Sequence record: ON287372.1
Direction: 5' to 3' (one strand)
DNA length: 64,000 nt
The notes beneath the pieces are model-generated. The model worked only from the letters and a program-made list of their open reading frames with translations, was not told the origin of the DNA and searched no databases. The translations under genes and the position numbers were made by a program. Shown here one piece after another: positions 49,444 to 60,223 of this stretch (position 1 is its first letter; every line of letters begins with the position of its first letter).

Positions 49444-50305
49444 GAAAGATCCAAATACCATTCTCCCTTCCAACACAGCGTACGCTAACGGGTCCTTTGG
49501 GCCCGTAACCAACCTGCCTAACTCGGGCATGATGGGTTACGCTCCTGATTTCCGCTACTACCATGGCGCTGCCGATTACACGCGCCGTCCGGTAATCCCA
49601 TTCCTGTTGGAGTGCCCTGCTGCATTCCTGGATACGGATGACCCGGCTAAATGGCAAGCGGCTCTGAAGGCTCTGATCGAACTGCACCCGCGTTCTATCT
49701 CTGGCCTGGATCAGTCGTTGGATGTCGAGTACGTCGAAAACCCATTCGGCGGTTCTGGTGAAATGATGCAGTCTCTGGCCAAAGTTCGTCGCGCTCGTTC
49801 TGTTCCTCAGTTTGAGTGGGTAGAGAAGATCGGTCGTCCGGTCTTGAACTTCTGGCAACGCTACATCATCTACTTCCTGGGTAACCCAGAGAGTAACGTT
49901 CCTGGTATCATCTCCAAGGGTAACATCACCCCTGGTACCAGCTACCCTGACTACACTGCGTTCACTGTGCTCTTCGTTGAGCCGGATGCATCTCAGCGTT
50001 TCTGCCAGGAAGCATGGTTGGTAACTAACATGATGCCAATGCAAGGTCCACGTAATGAAGGTAGTCGTGACATCACCGCTACCCCTGAGTCTGTTACCCA
50101 CTCGATTACCTTCACTGGTATTCAGCAGGTAGGTGACGGCGTTCGTAAACTGGGTCAGCAGTTCCTGGATCGCGCCAGCCAAACTGGTATCGACATCAAC
50201 ACTCGTCCTGCATTCCTGCAATCGCAAGAAGCTGACGTTGCTGCTGCCGACACTGGTTACGTTGAGTGGATGAAGAAAATGTCTAAAGGTGGCTTAGGCG
50301 CCTAA
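49436..50305 (+). CDS. tail tube protein
   Basis: 289 aa overlapping the sheath stop, with LVTNMMP...EGSRD...SITFTG as in phiKZ gp30-type tubes. Confidence 0.8.
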   Translation: MAKKDPNTILPSNTAYANGSFGPVTNLPNSGMMGYAPDFRYYHGAADYTRRPVIPFLLECPAAFLDTDDPAKWQAALKALIELHPRSISGLDQSLDVEYVENPFGGSGEMMQSLAKVRRARSVPQFEWVEKIGRPVLNFWQRYIIYFLGNPESNVPGIISKGNITPGTSYPDYTAFTVLFVEPDASQRFCQEAWLVTNMMPMQGPRNEGSRDITATPESVTHSITFTGIQQVGDGVRKLGQQFLDRASQTGIDINTRPAFLQSQEADVAAADTGYVEWMKKMSKGGLGA

Positions 50306-50360
50306 ACGACAAAATAAAATAATAGACTGGGGCATTGCGCCCCAGTCTATGCTTGCTCGA

Positions 50361-50486
50361 TTACTTCTTAGGGCCAAATTTAACGAATGCAATAGCACCT
50401 GATATCCCAACTAAAACAGCCAAGATAACTACGGAGGTAATCAAGACCTCGGCTGCTGTTATAGTGATAACTATCTCAGCATTCAT
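50361..50486 (-). CDS. 41-aa single-pass membrane microprotein
   Basis: Not in the track. MNAEIVITITAAEVLITSVVILAVLVGISGAIAFVKFGPKK*, RBS-like AGGGG, 18 nt after the muramidase stop. Confidence 0.6.
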   Translation of the reverse strand: MNAEIVITITAAEVLITSVVILAVLVGISGAIAFVKFGPKK

Positions 50487-50503
50487 ACGTCACCCCTACG
50501 AGG

Positions 50504-51175
50504 TTACGCGATCTTCTTACGGTTCTTGATCAGAAGACCTTCACCGTACATTTTCCAAATGGTAGCACCCACTTCAGCACGGGTAATCTTACCGTCTTTG
50601 TTTACGTCAAGGCCACGGTTTTGCTCGTAGGCTTTAGCTTGACTAGGAACGTTTTTGTCCCACATAATGTAGGTGTTAGGTTTGGTAACACCAACCGGCC
50701 ACAGGATACGCATGTAGCAGGAAGTCAGATCGTACAGTTTACCAGTGTAAGGTTTGAAGTACTTGTAAACGCAATCCAGCTGCTGTACAGCAGTCATTGC
50801 CAGTAACTGAGCCTTAGTTACACCGATGTCCTGCATCGCCATAGAGCCAAACTGACACAAACCCCAGTAAGATGCCCCTGCACCATTTTGAATAGTCGGA
50901 GAAAACGTTCTCCCGGTTTCGAATGCCATGCAAGACATCAACCAACCGCCATCGTCATTTTGTTGCAAGTCTTTAGCAATCTTGGCAGTCTTAGTAACGA
51001 ACTCGTCGCTGACATTACGATTACCCGACCAGGCGATACCATACTGCTTATAAGATGCTTCCAAAGCAGCCTGTGAGTTTTTACCCCAGATACCGTCAGC
51101 AGTACCTGCATTAAAGCCAGCGGCGTTCAGTGACTCTTGTAGAGCCTTAGCTGTAGGCTTGTCAAATTCCATCAT
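50504..51175 (-). CDS. modular muramidase: peptidoglycan-binding domain plus lysozyme/SLT-like domain (endolysin candidate)
   Basis: 223 aa with LQESLNAAGF.AG.ADGIWGKNS (PG_binding_1), catalytic AFETG, YWGLCQF and DVNKDGKIT. Confidence 0.8.
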   Translation of the reverse strand: MMEFDKPTAKALQESLNAAGFNAGTADGIWGKNSQAALEASYKQYGIAWSGNRNVSDEFVTKTAKIAKDLQQNDDGGWLMSCMAFETGRTFSPTIQNGAGASYWGLCQFGSMAMQDIGVTKAQLLAMTAVQQLDCVYKYFKPYTGKLYDLTSCYMRILWPVGVTKPNTYIMWDKNVPSQAKAYEQNRGLDVNKDGKITRAEVGATIWKMYGEGLLIKNRKKIA

Positions 51176-51251
51176 GATTATTTACCTCAAAAAAAAGAAA
51201 GTAAGAGTAGGCATACTAAGTGGACAACCCGTTAAGGTTGTCCACTCTATG

Positions 51252-51929
51252 TTATCGCGTAAGCATTTCTTCAATTTCTTCGCAACTTAATCCTTTATCC
51301 AACAGATGCCTAACCCTATCCCAACGGAAACCGATTGATTCACAGAACTCAGCTGCTGACATTTCTCTTCCGCGGTAAGTTACCCATCTGGTATTGCGAC
51401 GATTACGACATTGTTCTTTGGCAGTAGCCCAACGACAATTATCGGGAGAGTAATCTTTATCAGAATCAATACGTTCAATCGAATACCCTTTACCGGGTTT
51501 ATAGCCCATATCAGCAAAGAAGTTCTCGAATGATTCCAACCATCGATCACAAACTCGTATTCCCCTACCGCCATACCACGGGTATGCATCGACTTTATTG
51601 TCATAGCACCGAGTGATCATGTTGTGGTAGGTTAAATACTCTGTAGTATCTGTCATTCCGTGACTAGTGTTTCTTTTAATACATTTATCTCTTGAAGTCT
51701 CGCTATGGAGACAACCGCATGACCTGGCATTACCTGATTCCAGACTATGCTTACTGTCTGTAAATTCATTGCCGCAGTCACATACACAAAGATATTCTCG
51801 CCACCCACTTTTACCAACTACGGGGATCAAAACCACCAATCTACCAAATCTTGTCCCTTGCGGTATTAAGGGGTACCGATCTATATTACCCAGATTAGGG
51901 TATTTGTGGAATTCTTCTTCTATCTACAT
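51252..51929 (-). pseudogene. free-standing HNH-type endonuclease with in-frame TAG at codon 2
   Basis: RBS GGAG, then ATG 51929, TAG, and an open frame through GTRFGRLVV, CVCDCG, RSCGC and SIERIDSDKDYSPDNCRWAT..Q.RNRR. The track starts it at TTG 51839. Confidence 0.7.
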
Positions 51930-51984
51930 AAGTTTAATCTCCAAATGTACAAAACAAATTGAGGATCAAAAGACCCTCAATTTA

Positions 51985-52001
51985 GTAATATATACATGAG
52001 G
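51985..52001 (-). promoter_or_regulatory. early promoter upstream of the free-standing HNH gene
   Basis: CCTCATGTATATATTAC. Confidence 0.65.
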
Positions 52002-52020
52002 CAAATTCGATACTTAAAGA

Positions 52021-52653
52021 TCAATACCCAACTTTACTGACGATGTAATCGCAAGTCATCTTCTGTACGTCAGCGAAAGTCTCAGCACGGCGATAACCTT
52101 GCAGTTCAGAGTTCCACGGACGATTAACCAGGACAACATTGTCAGAACCAGCATTTCCATTACTCCAATGAGGACGATCATCGAAGAGAAGGAAAGGTAG
52201 GTCAGTTTGAGTTTTCAGCCACGCTTCTTTATCTGGGTGAACATCCGGATCCAAAGCAACGCCTTCTAAGACGATACCGTGTTTCTGGAAGTTATCCAGC
52301 GTATACTCCATACCACGTTTGTGATAACCACGGTGAGTAACGAAGATGTGCCCAACTTCAGGATAAGCGAATTCCATGAACCGTAGCCACTCAGGGAACT
52401 TTTCCCAACCTGGACACAGTTTACCATCCCGCATGAAGAAAGCATCTTCCAATGCATCCATCAGACGTTCGCCTTCAACACCCTTACGACCGAGACGATT
52501 ACCCCAGACGTATTGAGCATTGTATTTTTCATTGATCCAATTGACGAGAGCATGTTCAGTATCGAATACCGTGTCGTCCAGATCCCAGACGATCAGCAGT
52601 TTATACTGAGGTGCCATCATCAGATTAGATGGCGATGTATTCTGGTGCTGCAT
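52021..52653 (-). CDS. HAD-family 5'(3')-deoxyribonucleotidase-like protein
   Basis: 210 aa with motif I WDLDDT, FVTHR, K and LFDDRP. Confidence 0.8.
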   Translation of the reverse strand: MQHQNTSPSNLMMAPQYKLLIVWDLDDTVFDTEHALVNWINEKYNAQYVWGNRLGRKGVEGERLMDALEDAFFMRDGKLCPGWEKFPEWLRFMEFAYPEVGHIFVTHRGYHKRGMEYTLDNFQKHGIVLEGVALDPDVHPDKEAWLKTQTDLPFLLFDDRPHWSNGNAGSDNVVLVNRPWNSELQGYRRAETFADVQKMTCDYIVSKVGY

Positions 52654-52667
52654 TGACTCTCCTGTTA

Positions 52668-52943
52668 TTAACCCATACGTTTACGGAGTTTACGAGCGTT
52701 ATTCTCAACCGCATTAATCAATGCGATCTTGAGACTGACTAACTGCTCCCGAGTAGCAATGAACCTGACTGCTTCACCAGAGGTGAAACGAAGGTCGAGG
52801 AACCAAGCTCCAATTAAGCCACGACGGAATACGTTACCGACGCTGAGGATCTTGTCTGCCATAACTACAGTATTACTGTTTTTGTCCTTAACGATGAAAG
52901 AAGTCTCATCTGAGTTAAGGGCCATAAAGATGTCTTTTTGCAT
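52668..52943 (-). CDS. small protein, PH-like repeat family
   Basis: 91 aa: VVMADKILSV...WFLDLRFTSGE...helix. Confidence 0.6.
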   Translation of the reverse strand: MQKDIFMALNSDETSFIVKDKNSNTVVMADKILSVGNVFRRGLIGAWFLDLRFTSGEAVRFIATREQLVSLKIALINAVENNARKLRKRMG

Positions 52944-52964
52944 ACTAGGACTCTGCTGTGATTA

Positions 52965-53474
52965 TTACGCTAGCAGCTTAGCCTGAATTTCCTTGTTAAC
53001 GATATCCAAGAAATCCACCCGTGCACTGACTAATCTGATAACTTGCCGATTACCGTAACCGATGATCAACTGATCACCCAAATGCTTTACAGTTTCGAGT
53101 CCATCTCTGTGGATGATAACTGTATTACTACCCCACTTGACGGAAAGATATTTTCCATCAGCATAATATTTCACTGTTGGCGAGATACCGTCATTAACGA
53201 ACCCCGACACATTTCTCACCCAGCCCTTCCAGCTTTCAATAGCCAGCTTAGTGAATTCGCTGTACTCTACGAATTCAGACTGGTCGACTTGGATGATCTG
53301 TTGGAAACCAGTGTTGTCAGTAAAGACTACAGTAGACCGATATCCGAACGTATTGGGCTTATTAATCTCAATATTTGCCAAGGTATCGAAATCCACCAAT
53401 AACGTCTTACCTGCATATTGCAGTATCCGTTTGGACCCCCCACAGGACTCCATCAGCAATTCATTCATTCGCAC
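52965..53474 (-). CDS. protein with two putative PH-like units
   Basis: 169 aa with two strand-rich units, each ending in a helix. Confidence 0.55.
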   Translation of the reverse strand: MRMNELLMESCGGSKRILQYAGKTLLVDFDTLANIEINKPNTFGYRSTVVFTDNTGFQQIIQVDQSEFVEYSEFTKLAIESWKGWVRNVSGFVNDGISPTVKYYADGKYLSVKWGSNTVIIHRDGLETVKHLGDQLIIGYGNRQVIRLVSARVDFLDIVNKEIQAKLLA

Positions 53475-54394
53475 ACCTTAGCGATAATCTGGTCGTAGGT
53501 TAACAGTTCAGTAGACCGGCCACCGGCAGCATCGGCATGACCACCACCCAGGAAACGCTTCCCTGCAAATGAAGCCAAACCTGACCCAGCACGAGAACGG
53601 AAACTGAACCCCATGCCCTTACCGCTAATAGAAGTACCGATCACGAGATCAACTCGAGGGTTCTTCTCCATAATTTGGGAGGCGGTTTCAGAAATGAAGA
53701 TATGCGGGCAGTTCAGTACAGCGATTGTAGTATCGACAGTACCGCGAGGACCCTTGATAGTCTGACCACGATACCACCAGGTAGCCTTAGTCATGAACCA
53801 TTCGATCTGTTGATCACGAGCCTTAACCAATACATCAGCTTTAGCTGTAATCTCATCGATACCCGCTTGATCTTTAGTCTCCATGACTTTGATGAATGGA
53901 GGGAAGATCACGGAAGGTTCGCCCTTAGCCAAGAACGTAGCGAAGTACTCGTGGTACTTACGCATGTCTGGAGTGAGGCGCCACAGATCACGCAGCTCTA
54001 CCAGTTTTACGATAGGCGGCATTTCTTCGCCTGGGTGCAGGTAGTTCCATGCCAACCCAGCACCGGAGTGATCCATGTCGAAAGCGATGTAGTCGCCTTC
54101 ACGCAGAAACTCATTGCCGTGTACTGCACGATCGGCTGAGTCTTTATGGTGATCCAGAACGATACAACGATCGGTTTTCTGCCAATTAGCAGTAGTCCAT
54201 TCGGTATCCGGGAAGAAGTCAACGAAGAAAACAGTTTTGCCTTCCACGTTAAACGTATTAGGTCGACCATAGTTGATCGCGATATACTCAGCATTTGGGT
54301 ACCGGGTATACATTAGCGCTGCTGCTGCAAAACCATCCATGCAGCTATCATGATAGAAGACAACTACTTTATTAGAATCTGCTGGGTATTCCAT
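53465..54394 (-). CDS. DHH/DHHA1-family phosphoesterase
   Basis: 309 aa with YHDSCMDG, FVDF, VLDHH, SFRS and GGGHADAAG. Confidence 0.85.
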   Translation of the reverse strand: MEYPADSNKVVVFYHDSCMDGFAAAALMYTRYPNAEYIAINYGRPNTFNVEGKTVFFVDFFPDTEWTTANWQKTDRCIVLDHHKDSADRAVHGNEFLREGDYIAFDMDHSGAGLAWNYLHPGEEMPPIVKLVELRDLWRLTPDMRKYHEYFATFLAKGEPSVIFPPFIKVMETKDQAGIDEITAKADVLVKARDQQIEWFMTKATWWYRGQTIKGPRGTVDTTIAVLNCPHIFISETASQIMEKNPRVDLVIGTSISGKGMGFSFRSRAGSGLASFAGKRFLGGGHADAAGGRSTELLTYDQIIAKVCE

Positions 54395-54684
54395 TATACG
54401 GGTTCTCCAATGACCGAACTGATTTTATTAAGATTAGAAAGAATCTCTTCGCGAGTCTTTCCAAAGTTTCCGATAGGAGTAAAACGACGAGTCTCGCCGT
54501 TCTTAAGTTTAAGATCGAATAACCACTGCGAGAAAGGACCAGTACCGCTACGAGTCAATTGACCGATTTCAGCAATGTCCGCCACAGCGATAAAGTCCAT
54601 CTCAAGTGAAATAACTTGAGTAACTAACAAAGACGAATCTGATGAGATCTCGCCTTCAGGTAAATTGATAAACGGCATAGTCAC
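54394..54684 (-). CDS. small protein, PH-like repeat family
   Basis: 96 aa: FIAVADIAEI...WLFDLKLKNGE...helix. Confidence 0.6.
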   Translation of the reverse strand: MTMPFINLPEGEISSDSSLLVTQVISLEMDFIAVADIAEIGQLTRSGTGPFSQWLFDLKLKNGETRRFTPIGNFGKTREEILSNLNKISSVIGEPV

Positions 54685-54783
54685 CTCAGATGTTAATGAA
54701 CATGAACCAAAGACCTAACAAAAAAGAAACAATACCACAACCGATGAAGGCGCCTCCTAAGAGGCAACCTTTGATTAATCGTT

Positions 54784-56817
<2,034 letters not shown>

Positions 56818-56843
56818 CTATGCGTAATTAATCAATCTGATAC

Positions 56844-57131
56844 TCAACCTCTTTTGAGGTCGCGCTCTGAAGGAATAATGATTGGACGTTTGAAGTGCGT
56901 CATGGTAATCGTATTAATGATTGCCAGAGCATTGTGCGGTTCTTTAGCCACAGCTTTACAAACGTCTTTCGGATAGCTGTAAGGTACGCGCTTCTCTACA
57001 AGTAACGCAGTACCCATAACCTTCGATGGACTACCGTGGTTAACTTTATAACTGATCGCGATAGTCATGAGAACATCCATGAAACAACGAAGTTCATCCA
57101 TACTTGTAGCTTGATTCGTTGGAAGTGACAT
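56844..57131 (-). CDS. hypothetical protein
   Basis: 95 aa, RBS GGAGG. Confidence 0.6.
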   Translation of the reverse strand: MSLPTNQATSMDELRCFMDVLMTIAISYKVNHGSPSKVMGTALLVEKRVPYSYPKDVCKAVAKEPHNALAIINTITMTHFKRPIIIPSERDLKRG

Positions 57132-57168
57132 TCCCCCTCCTTAAGAAAATAGGAGTGAGGCTTTCGCC

Positions 57169-57360
57169 TCACTGAATTGTGTTACGTTTATTGAGCTTAG
57201 AAGAGAATAACTTTTCGATCAGCGGAATCCGAATAGCCTTAGGTAATACTACACCTAACTTAGCTTCCAGCTTCGCAATATCAGTTAATGTCTCTTCCAT
57301 AACTACGCCCGATTCGGTCACGGGTTTGTAGTCATCAGGTACTATGGATAATACGCCCAT
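57169..57360 (-). CDS. hypothetical protein
   Basis: 63 aa, RBS GAGG. Confidence 0.55.
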   Translation of the reverse strand: MGVLSIVPDDYKPVTESGVVMEETLTDIAKLEAKLGVVLPKAIRIPLIEKLFSSKLNKRNTIQ

Positions 57361-57365
57361 CTTAG

Positions 57366-57782
57366 TTACCTCAAGAATTCAATTTCTAACCGGCCCCCAC
57401 TTACCTTAGCTTTGAACCGGTCACGACAACTTACTTCATCGAGTCCATTCGCTTTTGCAGTATTGATCAATGCAGGTAGTCGGTTGTTTACCAGAGTACA
57501 GTGCACGATCTCTTCCCAACGATCTACAATGGTTTGCATTTCCCCTTCACTAAGAGCACTGGCTTCATATTCCCAATAAAGGAAATCCTGAACTGCCATA
57601 GAGAAGTTTTCATCACGATCGGATTCTGTATCCCAGTCGTTAGAAAGTAGGTACGCGATACCTTGCAGTATACCATTCGCAACATCGTTGATATCAAGGC
57701 GATATGCATTAGCATATACCCTGAAGAAAATAGGAACGTCCCCGAGTACGAGGACGCGTTTGCTAGGCTTAGTAAAACGCAT
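57366..57782 (-). CDS. small acidic protein resembling array member 1 (24242-24634)
   Basis: 138 aa: KRVLVLGDVPIFF versus RETLVIGNVPLFM, with a C-terminal hairpin KVSGGRLEIEFL. Confidence 0.65.
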   Translation of the reverse strand: MRFTKPSKRVLVLGDVPIFFRVYANAYRLDINDVANGILQGIAYLLSNDWDTESDRDENFSMAVQDFLYWEYEASALSEGEMQTIVDRWEEIVHCTLVNNRLPALINTAKANGLDEVSCRDRFKAKVSGGRLEIEFLR

Positions 57783-57791
57783 ACTTCACCT

Positions 57792-58082
57792 TTAGTTAAG
57801 AGACAGAGTACCTTCCATCAGATCATGAGGGCGGTGCTTCTGCAGAGCCACTACGACTGAGCGCAGCGGTTGAGGGGAGATCTGGATGACTTGCATCAGA
57901 TCGCGAACAGGAAGGGTCAGTGCCCGGCTACGGATAGAAGAAGCACAATTCTTCAATGCCTGGTTGTTGGCAGGGTTGTTGTAGTTGCACAACTGCAACG
58001 TGATCAAAGCATCGGAGAGCTCTTCTTTTTCTACAGTGTTCATGTTCATCATTGCTTCCTCTATTTTAGTAGTGTCTGACAT
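57792..58082 (-). CDS. hypothetical protein
   Basis: 96-aa helical ORF. Confidence 0.6.
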   Translation of the reverse strand: MSDTTKIEEAMMNMNTVEKEELSDALITLQLCNYNNPANNQALKNCASSIRSRALTLPVRDLMQVIQISPQPLRSVVVALQKHRPHDLMEGTLSLN

Positions 58083-58116
58083 AATTGGGTTTCCCCTGGT
58101 GAAAATTAAACGACAG

Positions 58117-58488
58117 TTAGAACTTAAAGTCGAAAGTCACTAACCCTGGAGCATCTTGGTCAATCGACCCATCTTTTATAAACACGTCATTATTACGACG
58201 TGGACGAATTGAGAACTTGACGTTACTGTTCAGGCGCAACAACACATCAGGATCCAGTATCGTCACATCGGCCATCAGTTTCATGTCGGACGTTGTGAAG
58301 TTACTCAATTGATGAGTTGGGTTTTTGATCTGATAGAAGCGATCACGATCCTGAGTAACGAAGACAGGATTGGTTTCGCCAATGACCGCTTTCCGTTTAT
58401 TCAAAGCACGAGCAATGCGATCCAAGTCACCCTGACGCCAGAAAGAAGGAACATCGAGTTTAACGCGTTTTAAAGATGGAGTAGTCAT
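58117..58488 (-). CDS. short protein resembling a T4 gp21-type prohead-protease fold
   Basis: 123 aa: IGETNP...PTHQL...ADVTIL...FSIRP aligns loosely with GELxHP...SH...GxxxIL...SSRG. Confidence 0.45.
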   Translation of the reverse strand: MTTPSLKRVKLDVPSFWRQGDLDRIARALNKRKAVIGETNPVFVTQDRDRFYQIKNPTHQLSNFTTSDMKLMADVTILDPDVLLRLNSNVKFSIRPRRNNDVFIKDGSIDQDAPGLVTFDFKF

Positions 58489-58577
58489 GAAGGAAAGTCT
58501 CTCTAAACTAAATTTGATAATAGTAGAGAGTAGGAAAACCTACTCTCCATTTAACCGATTTATTCGATTACACTAAA

Positions 58578-58594
58578 GTAATATAGACCTGAAA
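58578..58594 (-). promoter_or_regulatory. early promoter
   Basis: TTTCAGGTCTATATTAC, upstream of 58488. Confidence 0.72.
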
Positions 58595-58600
58595 TTATCT

Positions 58601-58792
58601 TCAGATCTTGCAGCCTTCGCAGTCGCCATCATCGACGAAGTCTTCACCGGATTCAGCGCGTTCATTATTGCGCTCAGCAACAGCATCGAAGTCAACGCCA
58701 TCGAAAAGGGAATCAAGCGGATCCCCTGCCTGATCTGGTTTGGTGGTTGATTCTGCATCGGGTTTGAAGTACTGGGATAAATCTTTAGACAT
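58601..58792 (-). CDS. 63-aa acidic protein ending in a ribonucleotide-reductase-like Cys tail
   Basis: C-terminus DDGDCEGCKI*. Confidence 0.65.
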   Translation of the reverse strand: MSKDLSQYFKPDAESTTKPDQAGDPLDSLFDGVDFDAVAERNNERAESGEDFVDDGDCEGCKI

Positions 58793-58803
58793 GCGGGAAA
58801 GCC

Positions 58804-58941
58804 TTAGTGCTGAGGGTTAGCCAAGATGGTCATTAAACCATCAACGATACCATAAGACTGTGAACAACTGGTCACGGTAACCAGGGATTCTTTGTCCGAT
58901 TCTACGATCTCAACTGCTTGCGCAGCGGTGTTCTGTTGCAT
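58804..58941 (-). CDS. 45-aa hypothetical microprotein
   Basis: Not in the track. MQQNTAAQAVEIVESDKESL..., RBS AAGGA. Confidence 0.5.
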   Translation of the reverse strand: MQQNTAAQAVEIVESDKESLVTVTSCSQSYGIVDGLMTILANPQH

Positions 58942-59111
58942 TGGATATTCCTTAAACGGAGTGTGGTAGTCTAGTTCTTACTAAACTATTTAGAGGCGAT
59001 TTAAAAATTTAAGGGAACAAAAAAAGAGGGACATCCCTCTGAGTTAATCCCTCCCCGGAGGGAGGGTTTTTTAACGCACTAACTTCCCAGAATCATACTA
59101 TCGAGGGGAAA

Positions 59112-59747
59112 TTATCGCCCCCGACCAGAAGAACGGAAGTTCCTGTTTTTATTGAAGAATTTCCCTGGTTTAACTTTATTGTGGATGGAGCGATTGTTCC
59201 CTGGGATGTTCATTCCCTTAGGCTTAAACATCTTTAGCTGAGGTAACTCAGACTCATCGCGTAAGAGTTCGATCTCTTCAGCTTCGAAGTATTTCTCAAT
59301 TACAGCCGGACAACTAATAGCCCGACCACCACCGAGTAAAATCTGCTCAACTTCAGTCGACTTTATCTCAATGAACTTGGCGAGGAACTCAATACCTCGA
59401 TCCAGTATAGCAACCTTCAATGACTCATTAACTGAGGTCACCTGACCATTGCCTATATCGACACCGCCGTACTCAATGACGTCACCGTTACGTTCAATGA
59501 TCATGAAGCGATAATTAGCGACGTCATGAAGATCTATTGAGCATTCACCCGAGAATTTACTCCGGGCAGTTTCTACTAAAGCCAACAAACGTTTAGCGGC
59601 ATCAACCGGCGTAACACGACCACGTACACGCAACACTACTTTATTAATGTCTACGTTCAATACGTCGTAAAGCGTAGCGCGATCTGTAGCAGGAGGCTGC
59701 TGATCAATAATCCCTTCCTCTACCCCAACGTTCTTTATTTCATGCAT
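59112..59747 (-). CDS. hypothetical protein, possible degenerate Ntn-hydrolase fold, basic tail
   Basis: 211 aa. FMIIERNGDV and AILDRGIEFL loosely match the neighbours. The C-terminus is Arg/Lys-rich. Confidence 0.55.
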   Translation of the reverse strand: MHEIKNVGVEEGIIDQQPPATDRATLYDVLNVDINKVVLRVRGRVTPVDAAKRLLALVETARSKFSGECSIDLHDVANYRFMIIERNGDVIEYGGVDIGNGQVTSVNESLKVAILDRGIEFLAKFIEIKSTEVEQILLGGGRAISCPAVIEKYFEAEEIELLRDESELPQLKMFKPKGMNIPGNNRSIHNKVKPGKFFNKNRNFRSSGRGR

Positions 59748-60223
59748 AAACCTCTTTCCTTCATTTGGGCAACGATCTCATCAATCGTTAAGGTTAAATA
59801 GCTACCAGTGAAAGACGGTACCGTTTTGTGATACCAAGACAATGCTTCTTCTGGAGTGTTTATTAAATGGAATGCTGCTGTGGCCAACTCCTCAGTTTTG
59901 AAGTCTGCTGACCGAACATGACGGAAACCCTTACCGGGAATGAGCCTGACTGAACATAGCTCGCCATCTGGCCCAAAGTTCAAGTCATAAAGCCTGCCAT
60001 TAGGTTTAACTAGCATGCAAGCATGAATAGCTGCGTCAGTACCTTCGAAACTTTCGTCATCTAACTTATCGATAGCATTGAAGCAGAATAATCCATAAGG
60101 CACAACAAAGCCATGACTCGTAAATAAAGAATCCCAGCTCAAAGTAGTGGCATGGTGATTGGCACGTTGAATCTTGGTACTGAAGATGAGTTTATCGTCG
60201 AATACACCAGCGAAGTTATTCAT
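59735..60223 (-). CDS. degenerate HslV/proteasome-beta-like protein
   Basis: 162 aa. The C-terminal LATAAF...TPEEAL...VPSFTGSYLTL aligns with the upstream gene. No N-terminal Thr/Ser. Confidence 0.55.
   Translation of the reverse strand: MNNFAGVFDDKLIFSTKIQRANHHATTLSWDSLFTSHGFVVPYGLFCFNAIDKLDDESFEGTDAAIHACMLVKPNGRLYDLNFGPDGELCSVRLIPGKGFRHVRSADFKTEELATAAFHLINTPEEALSWYHKTVPSFTGSYLTLTIDEIVAQMKERGLCMK

Noticed and set aside
51882-51889. Plus-strand TATATTAC inside the 5' part of the HNH gene
   Set aside because: It lacks the TTTCA box and points antisense to the neighbouring genes; probably chance in AT-rich sequence.
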